Source: Amoebidium appalachense (taxonomy: Eukaryota > Protista > Ichthyosporea). From it: a stretch of 64,000 nucleotides of DNA. Both the position numbers and the translations under genes were made by a program. Positions 22,672-33,076 of the stretch are shown piece by piece; position 1 is the stretch's first letter, and each line of letters begins with the position of its first letter. Below the pieces are notes generated by a model. It worked only from the letters and a program-made list of their open reading frames with translations, did not search any database and was not told the origin of the DNA. Location: positions 7,521,921 through 7,585,920 of the forward strand of contig CAVNZM010000011.1 of NCBI GenBank assembly GCA_963693365.1. The letters are read 5' to 3'.

Positions 22672-24663
22672 ACAGGGGGAGAGAGAGAGAGAGAAGAGAA
22701 AGAGAGGGAGGGAGGGAGGGAGAGAAAACGAGGGAGGGGGGAGAGCATAGGGGAACGGGGCATACACTTACATGTGCAAACAATGCATTATCCGTTTCAA
22801 CAAACGCCTCCGTTATCGCTTTTTTAATCTCCTTGTCAGCGTGTGGGCCCGTTCCCTTTGTAGCAGCCGCACACTGTTTGAGACACCTCTGAACGTTTCT
22901 CCCCAAGTGTTGCACTGTATATTCAATTCCACACCACCCACTGCCACCGTGCCCGTCCAGAAAACCAAAGAAACTGCCTATTGCACCCATGTCTTGGTGC
23001 TTGATGTATCTGTGTGTGTGTGGGTAGGTGGGTGGGTGGGTAGGTGGGGGGGGGGGGGGGGGGGGGAGGAGGGGGGGAGGGAGAGGGGAGGGGTGAGGGG
23101 GTGAGGGGGTGAGGGGAAGGGGGGGGGGGGGGGGGGTAGGTGTGTGGGTATGTGGGTGTGTGGGTGGGTGGTTGGGCAAGAGAGAGAGAGTGTGTGTGTG
23201 TGTGTGGGTGTGTGTGTGTGTGTTTCTGTGTGTGTGTATGTGTATGTGTATGTGTGTGTGTGGGTGGGTGGGTGGGTGAATATTTGTTTGTGTGAACAAG
23301 AAGGATGGGGGAGTGAAGTGCGGGTGGGGGTAAGGATAGTAGTGGTGATGGGGGGAAGAAGAGGGGAGGGAGGGTTTAAAATGTGATATAGAGTACGAGG
23401 CACACACTCAAAACCGGACAACACAATGCAGGACGCAAACCACACAAAGAGCATGCATATTAAGCAGAGCCCATCCTCAGGGGGGAGGGAAGTCATTCAC
23501 GAAGTAGGAGAGGGGGGGGGGGGGGGACGTGGGGGGGAGGGGGTAAGATTTGCATATCGAAGGTTTTGCCAGTACAATGCTCAGGTTAGAGGAAGAACTT
23601 TATCCCTCCATGATTTTCAATGTTTCCTACCCCCACCCCCCTCCCCCTCCTCCTCCCCCCGCCAATCCCACACGTCCCCCCCCCCCCCCCCTTCCCCCCT
23701 GCCAATCCTCCCCTCCCTCCCCTCCCCTCCCCCTCCCCCCCCCCCCCCCCCCCCGTGGCCAGGCTTGCACCTATCCTTATTGCATTCATCCTCCCCCTCC
23801 CCCCCCCCACGCACACATACACACACTCCCATCCCCCCCCCCCCCCCCCCCCCCCCCCCACACACACAATCCCACCCCCTCCCCCCCGCCCCACCCCCCG
23901 CCCACACACCCACACACACCTATCCTCATTGTAATCCCTTCGTCCCCTCCTCGTCTCCACATGGCACATAAACCCATTCACCAAATCCTTTCCATCGGGG
24001 CCAGCCACACTATTTCCAACCCCCCCCCCCCCCCCCCCCCCTCCGGACACCCACACTCCCACACACCCACACCCACACCCACACCCACACACGCACAAAC
24101 ACCTCCCCCCCCCATCCCATTCCTCCGAACCTACCCAACCCCACCCACACACCCACACACACCTATCCTCATTGTAATCCCTTCGTCCCCTCCTCGTCTC
24201 CACATGGCACATAAACCCATTCACCAAATCCTTTCCATCGGGGCCAGCCACACTATTTCCAACCCCCCCCCCCCCCCCCCCACCCCCACCCCCCTCCGGA
24301 CACCCACACTCCCACACAATCACACCCACACCCACACCCACACACGCACAAACACCTCCCCCCCCCATCCCATTCCTCCGAACCTACCCAACCCCACCCA
24401 CACACCCACACACACCTATCCTCATTGTAATCCCTTCGTCCCCTCCTCTCTCCACATGACACATGAACACATTCACCAAATCTTTTCCATACGGCCCAGC
24501 CACATTGTTTGCAACCACCCTTCCACTGTCATCCTGTGAGAGGGTGTAACTGACGGGTGTGCCTGCCGCCAGAGATTTAAATCCTGAACACCGCAACTGG
24601 CTCCGGTGCACGAAGATACCGTCTCCCTCCGCGTCTGCTCCTTCGGGGAGGATGAACCCGTAC
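19209..24663 (-). CDS. Cold-shock domain + PP2C (PPM) protein phosphatase fusion; first exon not found, two apparent frameshifts (pseudogene or assembly errors)
   Basis: Exon 24663-~24415: YGFILPE (RNP1), IFVHRSQL (RNP2), [24 protein letters not shown], running into GRRDYNEDR (PP2C motif 1). Exon 23009-22772: FGFLDGHGG. Exon 22001-21771: [34 protein letters not shown]. Exon 20590-20372: [15 protein letters not shown]. Exon from 19425: [11 protein letters not shown]. Introns GT-AG. Confidence 0.85.
20666..21423 (+). mobile_element. ~750-bp AT-rich dispersed repeat, copy 1 (in a PP2C intron)
   Basis: Highly similar to 26275-27009 (direct) and 49531-50220 (inverted). No coding capacity or TIRs recognised. 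Confidence 0.75.
23920..24500 (-). repeat. Tandem triplication (~243-250 bp) of the 3' end of the CSD exon plus its donor site
   Basis: VAGP(D/Y)GKDLVN..MCHVE..DYNEDR followed by GTGTGT occurs at ~24500-24415, 24263-24163 and 24020-23920. Confidence 0.9.
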
Positions 24664-24669
24664 CTGCAC

Positions 24670-24749
<80 letters not shown>

Positions 24750-25220
24750 GAGGGGGGTTGGGGTGGGGCGTGGGGAAGGGCAGGGGGCTTTGTGTGGGGG
24801 GAGGGGGGGGGGGGGGAGGTCGTAAGTATGATTGGGAGAATATGTGTGTGTGGGGGGGGGGGAGAGGGCGGGAGGGGGGGGGGATGGGGTATGTGAGATA
24901 GCGTGAGAGAGAGAGAGGAGGGGAGAGAGAGAGAGAGAGGGGGGGGGGGGGGGGGGGGCAGAAAGGGGGTGTGTGTGCATGTGTGAGGAGGGGAGAGAGA
25001 GAGGGGGGGGGGGGGGGGGACAGAAAGGGGGTGTGTGCGCACGTGTGTGAGTGTGAGTGTGAGTGAGCGTGAGCGTGAGTGTGTGTCTCTGTGTGCCGTG
25101 GGTCTATCGATGTGTGGCTCTCCGTCCGGAAGGCCAGCGGAGGGACGGATTGTGGCACTGAGGGCACTGGGGGGGGGGGGGGGGGGGGGGGGGGGGGAGG
25201 GGAGGGGGGGGGGGGGGTTG

Positions 25221-26197
25221 AATGCGGAACATGGTACGAAGTACGCATACACGAAGGACACATGCAAAGGCAAACATTCAAGTATGCAACATCAGCCATG
25301 CGCACAGTATCATGCGTCATAAGCAGAGCCCATCCTCAGGGAGGGCCCAAGTCATCAATTGCGTCTGAGTTTCGACCCCTTAGCCCGCGTATATACGACT
25401 CTCCAACTCAGACAGCAGCATCAACTGAACTTGGGAGGGTCAACCCGTCTTGATCAAAGACGAGCAGGGTTGCTTATGCAAGCAAGGCGAGCAATACGGT
25501 GAATATGTGTGTGCAAATTAATGCAGTGCAGCGGAAAATGCGTATGTGCTTACAGATGCACGACACAGAGCAACCATGCCCGGTTGCATGGAAGTAAAGC
25601 GGTCTCCACACAGTGGTCTGTCCTGAAAGGACACCTCTGAAAGAAGACTGGAGGGGTTTGAATGCGGAAAACGGTACGAAGTACGCATACACGAAGGACA
25701 CATGCAAAGGCAAACATTCAAGTATGCAACATCAGCCATGCGCACAGTATGCGTCATAAGCAGAGCCCATCCTCAGGGAGGGCCCAAGTCATCAATTGCG
25801 TCTGAGTTTCGACCCCTTAGCCCGCGTATATACGACTCTCCAACTCAGACAGCAGCATCAACTGAACTTGGGAGGGTCAACCCGTCTTGATCAAAGACGA
25901 GCAGGGTTGCTTATGCAAGCAAGGTGAGCAAAACGGTGAATATGTGTGTGCAAATTAATGCAGTGCAGCGGAAATTTTTGCGTATGTGCTTACAGATGCA
26001 CGACACAGAGCAACCATGCCCGGTTGCATGGAAGTAAAGCGGTCTCCACACAGTGGTCTGTCCTAAAAGGACACCTCTGAAAGAAGACTGGGTGGGTTTG
26101 AATGCGGAACACGGTACGAAGTACGCATACACGAAGGACACATGCAAAGGCAAACGTTCAAGTATGCAACATTAGCCATGCGCACAGTATGCGTCAT
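25221..26197. repeat. 440-bp tandem repeat, ~2.2 copies
   Basis: Unit start AATGCGGAA..GGTACGAAGTACGCATAC at 25221, 25661 and 26101. Confidence 0.92.
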
Positions 26198-26274
26198 GGG
26201 GGGGGGGGGGGGGGGGGGGGGGGAGGAGGAAGGGGAGTTGTGAAGAGAGAGGGGGCGGGGGGTGGGGGATATGT

Positions 26275-27009
26275 GTCATCTTCACTTGATTCTCAGCAAG
26301 ACTTAGAAGTTGAGTTTTGTATTTGTTTATTAGTTTGTTGTAGTTTGTTTCCTTTTCCTTTCTTCATTTCTTTCTTTCCTTTCTGTTTCCGTGTACACCG
26401 ATATCTTAGATCTGTGTACGTATCGACATACTTAGCTCGCGCACACGTATTGTCGTTTGTGTCAAAATCTATATATGTCATCCAATCAGATCTCGTTTGT
26501 ATTTTCCCAAATATAGTAACTTACATTCCTTTCTCATTCCTTTCTCACGACGTAGCATTGTGCTATGTTCTCCAACTATTAGGAATAAATATATTTGGAC
26601 GTGTTATGATAAGAACATGTATAAATTTATGTTGTGAACTAATAGTTACATAAATGGTTTCATTTTGTCAAATGTTTCTGTGCTTTTATTAGAAGTTTCT
26701 TTCATTAGAGAATTGAGTTTTATATTCTATGTGTCGACAGACATTTTGATCGATATATTTTACACTCATAGTTTTCGTCTTTCTGATTGGAAAATAGAGT
26801 TTTCGTTCTTTTGATTGGTTTATCGTTTTCACATTCCCAAGTATAAAAGGGACTTCATCTTGGAATAAATATTAAGCAGTCGTATTCATTTCCTATGGTT
26901 CCAGAAATCGTTCCACCTCTCCGGTTGTGTTTATTCCCGTGTGTCTCTGTGTTGTGTATAACATAACGCCCATCTGTTCTCTCTGCTTCTCCGTTTACCC
27001 ACACAAAAC
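26275..27009 (+). mobile_element. ~750-bp dispersed repeat, copy 2
   Basis: Colinear with 20666-21423. Confidence 0.75.
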
Positions 27010-27368
27010 AACAATATGTGTGCATGTGGTGGGAATCGGCAGAGAACAGAAGGGTATGTGTCTTGTGGGAAGGAGGGGGGAGAGCGGGGGGGAGGTTGGG
27101 AAGGGGAAGGGGGGAGGGGGGGTCTACATCACGCCCTACCTAAGAACCAGAAAAGCCAACCCGCACACAAATCATTATGGCTCACTAGGAAAAAATCCCA
27201 AGGAACACATTGTTGCAAATAGCTCCCTTATAATGGAGTTCTTGCCCCGAGAACACGCTAAACACGCACTAAACGCCTATCCCCCTCCCCCTCCCCCCCC
27301 CCCCCCCCCCCCCCCTCCCCCCCCCCCCCCCCCTTATGCCAAGATCTACTAGCTGAACACAAACACAC

Positions 27369-27414
<46 letters not shown>

Positions 27415-27825
27415 GAGAGAGGTGAGGGAAGAGGGGGATAGGGAGGGATTGAAATGGGGGTCGATTCGGGTGATTCACGATTGTCCAAATTATGAGTACG
27501 TGAATTGGCTTGCCTGCATTTTTTTATACGTTTTTTACTTGTAATGTTTTTGGCCCAACATTGAAAGTAAATTCATAGAACAGCGCGAAGAGGCACAACT
27601 GCATCTTGTTTTGGGTAGCTCAGCATGCGTTTTCTAGAAGATGCGCATGCCCTTGGATTGGTTGGAGAAAGCAATAAACTTTTGGGGCACTGGTGGTCAT
27701 GTGAGAGCCTGTCACGAATCAAGAGCCTCAATGACATGGCATGTCAGCGTGCTTAAATAACAACCCAACATTAATATTAATCGAAAAATCCACGTTTGAA
27801 GGAAAAATTGACAAAATAGAGGGAA

Positions 27826-27861
<36 letters not shown>

Positions 27862-27999
27862 GGGGGAGGGGGACTGCACCCGCTGCGCCTGCTCGAGCTG
27901 CTGCTACAGCCGTGTGGCCTCCCGCTCTGCCCGGGCCTTTTCCTCCTTGGTGGCCTCCTCTGCTTGGGCCTTCTCGTGTGTGTTGTGTTGTGTGTGTGT

Positions 28000-28055
<56 letters not shown>

Positions 28056-28157
28056 GGGGGGGGAGAGGCATGAGACACGGGGGCCTCTCCTGTGTGCGTA
28101 TGTGTGTGCGTGCGTGTGTGCCAGTGCGTGTGTGTGTCACACGGCCACGGTGTGTGT

Positions 28158-28189
<32 letters not shown>

Positions 28190-28255
28190 GTCTGTGTGTG
28201 TGTGTGTGTGTGCGGCATGCGTGTGTGTGCGCGCGCGTGTGTGCCAGTGCGCTGT

Positions 28256-28289
<34 letters not shown>

Positions 28290-28730
28290 GGCATGCGTGT
28301 GTGTGCGCGCGCATGTGTGCCAGTGTCACTAGGCTAGCGCTTGTGTGCGTGCTTGTGTGTGTGTGTGTTTGTGTATTTGTGTGCGGGTGTACATGTGTCA
28401 CTCAGTGTGTGCATGTGTGTTTGTGTGTGTGTGTGCGCGCGCGTGCGTCACGGTGTTTGTGTGTGACACTGTGTGTGTGTGTGTGTGTGCCCATATAATG
28501 GTTGCCGGGCAGGCTCAGGCTTTGCATGCAGTATGTGCCCATCATGAATTTGCCACATTTCTATTGTAGCTCTAGAGGTATAAACCGTGCACGAGTATAT
28601 TCATGCAATGCCATATGCCCATCGGCACGTTTACTCTGGAGCCCCACACATCCAAGCTCATATTGATGTAAGCCCCATGCCTGCAAGTGCCCAAACACAC
28701 TAGTGCACCACCAGAGCAGTGATGATGAGT

Positions 28731-29475
28731 TGACATATACTAATCTGTCTCAGCAGATCAGCCTAAGTCTACGATCAAGATCGGGGGGGGGGGTGGGGGG
28801 GGGGGGGGGGGGGGGGGGTGGCCCGGGTCCACAGATCATCAAGATCAAGTCCGGGGCCTCAAGATAGCTGTATAGCTGCGAGCATCTTGCCTCTGCCGGC
28901 GCAGGGCAGGACCACGTCAGCTGGAGCAGCCGACCAATAGAATTAGAATTAGTGTGTAGGATAGATCGTAGGAGGACTTTGGAATGTGATAAGTTCGGGC
29001 AGAAGCCCTTGCAAATATTGGCAAGTTTTGATAGCGTATGCTGCCAAACGTATTTATATATTTCAATGTATAGGAAGGTCCTGGAGTAGAGGAGGGGGGG
29101 GGGGAGGGGGGGGGAGATAGTATGAAATGTAGATTTAGACTCTGCGGTGCCACTAGGGGAAGGGAGAGGGGTGAGACTTAGATATTTATATTAGTGTGAG
29201 CCGATCGACTTAGCTCGTGCAGGCGCACGATAGAGTTAGATCGGAATGTATGGAATGTGGCATCGTAGGGGGCCAGGTGATGATGATCTTGTAGGGCATG
29301 GCCTTGATGGCCTCAGTTGTGACTTAGCTGGATTCCGTACGGATCTCAGTTTTTGCCCGTCGGAGTTTGGTCTATGATAAACTTTACCGTTTTTCTGTAC
29401 ACGTTCGTTCCTTCCCGTGTGGGTACACTTAGTAGAGTGCCCCGTCTCTTAGTACACGCACGTTAGGATACGACA
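28731..29475 (+). mobile_element. 5' LTR of an LTR retrotransposon
   Basis: Begins TGACAT and ends GATACGACA (TG..CA). Colinear with the reverse complement of the TSD-flanked solo LTR at 43097-43817. Followed by a gag-like ORF. Confidence 0.9.
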
Positions 29476-29629
29476 AGGGCACCTTTCTTTTAGTGCGGTT
29501 TTTCGCGCTAGGTACACGCGGTGACAGTTCCTTCTGGGCTGTTGCTACACCTTAGAAACACAATGAAAAAAAAAAAAAAAAAAAAAAACACAATAAAAAA
29601 AACCACACGAGTAGGGCACACACAACAAC

Positions 29630-30452
29630 ATGGCTAAGTTTAACGTAGATATGTTCTACGCGTTGGCAGCGGAGGATAGCTCCCTACACACACAGATACC
29701 ACAGGTCCACACACTAGACGTGAGGCAAACCACCGCTTTTAGCTTCATACTTAAACACGACTCGGAAATACCACGGTGGCTTAATAGGACACTTGTAGCA
29801 AACACACCCACACTAGTGACAGATGCTAAGAAGGCCCCTACTGTGGCGGCCTCTTGCTTAATGATTAAGCAGTGCATCGACCACAAAACGATGGCCGACC
29901 TGTGCACCCTCATGGAGGAGCACCCGTACAGGGCCGAGCAGGCCCCCCAGGTGACGGCTCGTATCTACGAGCAGCAGTACGACGAGGAGAGAGACGAGAT
30001 GGTGTCCCGTACGCTCGGCCAGAAACGTCTGGCAGCACGGTTCATCTCCGACGACGAGGACGAGAACAACACCGACGACGTCGACGGTGAGCTCGAGGCC
30101 TTCACCAGGCCCGAGAACGAGCTCGAGTACACGGCCAGGCTCGTCGACAGATACCTGACGGCCGACCGGCGCCGTACGTTCAGGGCCCAGCTAAGGGAAT
30201 GGAAGTACACCTTTCCCACTTTAGATATGTCCCCTGTAGAAGCTTGACTGCATTCTTTGAAAGGGAGTATCGGGTCTTTGAAGGCCTTTGTGAGCTAGCT
30301 GGTGACGTGAGTGCTAGGGAAAAGGGTTCGAGTTTGCTCGTAAACCTCTCTCTGTAAATACAGACACTGCACGCATGTTTGGGGAGCATGATGATGTGGA
30401 TGAGGTGGTGTTGCATGTTTAACGTCACTTGCTTGCCATGCACGAGGTGAAG
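29630..30452 (+). pseudogene. gag-like ORF of the LTR element, 5' part (frameshifts and stops; interrupted by the LINE)
   Basis: A 205-aa ORF starts 154 bp after the LTR and continues after a frameshift as LTAFFEREYRVFEGLCELAGDVSAREKGSSLLVNL..MHEVK. It resumes in frame after the LINE TSD at 44805. The gag assignment is positional. Confidence 0.7.
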
Positions 30453-30493
30453 TTTTTTTTTTTTTTTTTTTTTTTTTTCACGTTTTGTTCCCG

Positions 30494-30513
30494 GAGGGCC
30501 TTTTCAGGCCCTC
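30494..30513 (-). other. GNRA-tetraloop stem-loop in the LINE 3' UTR
   Basis: The - strand reads GAGGGCCT-GAAA-AGGCCCTC, a perfect 8-bp stem 15 nt before the poly(A). Confidence 0.7.
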
Positions 30514-30760
30514 TCTAGTAGGGAAACTACCGTCTACCACACAGCACCGACAGTACACTAGTTAAGGTGCTATCTATGAGTTCAGCTAAGCTAAACCATC
30601 CTTCACAACCTAACTATAAGTACACACTTTGCCCAGGGCTACTACCCCAGCCACGCCGGCAGGAGGCTCCAGTCCTCCCCTCCATTCAAAACCTAGCAAT
30701 AAACGTTAACCGAGGGCTCTCATTGGTCGATCTACAGTATTGGGAAGTCCTAGGTGTTGC

Positions 30761-31962
30761 ACGTCGGCCGGTTCGCTATGAGGGCCCGCCCGGCCGGTTC
30801 GCCACGGATACAAGCGGTTCAGGGCGGATCCGGGCCAAAATTCGCCGAGAGCCGCGAAAGATCTGCAGCCAATTACACAAGCCATTCGACGCGATCTGTG
30901 TAATGCGAATGCCCAGCTCACGGCAGAGACACTCCTGACAGGCACCCAATCGATCGGAGCGCGGCGAAAGCATGAAACAGGATATAGCAATAAACAATAA
31001 CACATAGATTTGAAGTATGTAAAAGGCTTTAAAGAATATTAAAACACCGTACGTACAGGTATGCACATGCACGCGAACAAGGACAATGTCGCCGCAAGTG
31101 TGAGTCTAGGTCCTTGCTTGTTATATAGAACGCATGCCGACCAATCAAACCACGCTTGAGCGTTGCAAAATCCCTTTTTCATGATCGCGGTGCCACTCCT
31201 ACCTGCCCATTCCTATTCAGTATTTAAGCTAAATTAAATAGTAATATAATGATTTTTATCATTTATTTATACATTATATTTATTATTTGTAGATTATATG
31301 TACAATGTCGACCGTAACTACATGCTCCTTAGCGTCCTTTGCTTTGTCACCAATATGTGAGCCGAAAATTCCCATTTACCCGCATATTTCTTAGTTCTCG
31401 TCTATGATTGGTTCACGTAAACAATTTCTTATCGCTTTGTTACCATCTTGCCACCCGCCGCACTGATCAGTTTCAGATGACGAGTGGCTCACACGCTGTG
31501 CAGTACAGCGGCCGACGCAGTTTGTTGCCGTTTTTCACTTTTTTACGGCTGAAAACCGGCCAAAGCGCGTCCTTCCTGTGTCGCATAAAGACAAACAACC
31601 ATAGGTCAAATTTTGCACATAAGCTTGTAAGCCAATGACCTTGGGGTTTACCAAGTTTCAACTCGATCTGACATTGGGTTGTCACGCTACAGTGTCACCA
31701 ATTTTCGGGTCGCACCTCAAACCAAGAAAAGGTACCATCGCTTTTGTGAGCTTTGCCAAAAAACCCAATGTCAGAATTGATTGAAAATTTACAGAATAAG
31801 AGTTTACATATATATTTAGTACGTAGCATATTTTGGTGGAAAACTGTTAGAGATTTCTCTCTCCACAATTTCTCAAATTATATGCAAAATGTTCGGGTCG
31901 GGGACTTTTGGCCCGATTTGCCGGCCCGGCCGGGCGGGCCATCATAGCGAACCGGCCGACGT
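30761..31962. mobile_element. 1.2-kb non-autonomous TIR DNA transposon inserted in the LINE 3' UTR
   Basis: 33-bp TIRs at 30765-30797 and 31926-31958 (CGGCCGGTTCGCTATGA(G/T)GGCCCGCCCGGCCGG, one mismatch), flanked on both sides by ACGT. AT-rich interior with no transposase recognised. Confidence 0.9.
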
Positions 31963-31976
31963 CTTGTGTATAATAT

Positions 31977-32965
31977 TTACGGTGGGTATGGGTGGATGAT
32001 GGGGTGTGGTGGTGGTGGTGGTGGGGGGTTGCTGCCTAACATTATGTGTTGTTGTACGTATGTTGTGGCGATGTTTTTGTGGACTAAAAGGTGGGTTTTA
32101 CAGGGCACACCGGATCTGTGTGTGTTCCGGCAGTCAGAACAGGCCGGCCGGGTGTGTGTGGGGGGTGTATTTGTTGGTGTTTTGGGTTTTTGGAGAGCCA
32201 TACTTTTCTTTCTACGGGTGGTGGGTATATGGTGGTGTTTTTGCATTTTGGGGTGGGTGGGGGGGAGTGTTGTGTTCCGTGGGTGCCAAATTTTTGAAAA
32301 GAAGAAGGATTGCAACTCTACTGTGATTTTTCCTAAGATGGCCCGGGTGGTGGTCTTGGTGGTGCCGGTGGCTGCAAGTAGTGGGCCCACCGATCGTGGG
32401 CAGAATCCCCGTTCGACCCACTTGGTGTCTTCGGGGTCAGGTGGGTCACCGTTGCCTCCTATCCAGTTTATCCATGCACATTGGTCTACCACCGTGGCTG
32501 CCGTATGGTGGTGCTGTGCCGTGGGGGTGTTCAAATTTGGATGACGAGTGTGCAGGACGTTGTGGATGCAGGCTGTGATGGCGGTGGTCAGGGTGGGGAC
32601 TTCCCCGGCATGGGCCGGGCAGGCCCAGAGGTGGGTGGTGGTCTCAGGGTGCTGGCTGCACCGGGGGCATGTGGGCTGTGTAACGACGGTGGGGTGATCT
32701 CGGTGTAGCCGTGCTATGGTAGGCAGGGTGCCCATGGCCAGGGACAGGCTACGAGTGTTTCCTCTGACTGCCCCGATGGTTGCCTGTGTGGGCCCCTTGT
32801 TGAGCTTGAGGGGGTTCCGTTCGGCTGGGAGCAGTCTGGGGTCGGCTAGTATGGACATAGTCTTGGTCTTGCCGGCCATGTCGGTGAGGAAGTCCTTGTT
32901 CAACCGGTTCAGTGTACCGGGAATGTTGCCGGGGATACGGTGGCCTTGTAGTCGTAGGAAGTATT

Positions 32966-33014
<49 letters not shown>

Positions 33015-33076
33015 GGCCGGAGGTAGGGGGGGGGGGGGGGGGGGAGGACTCTTCCTGCATTGGCTGCCTTGTCTGC
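31977..33076 (-). pseudogene. LINE ORF2 C-terminus with CCHC zinc knuckle
   Basis: GTLPTIARL..CPRCSQHPETTTHLWACPAH. Confidence 0.85.

Noticed and set aside
27875-27975. Coiled-coil exon-like block as the missing first exon of the CSD-PP2C gene
   Set aside because: It contains an in-frame TAG and lacks the CSD strand-1 motif (GxVKWF..KG).
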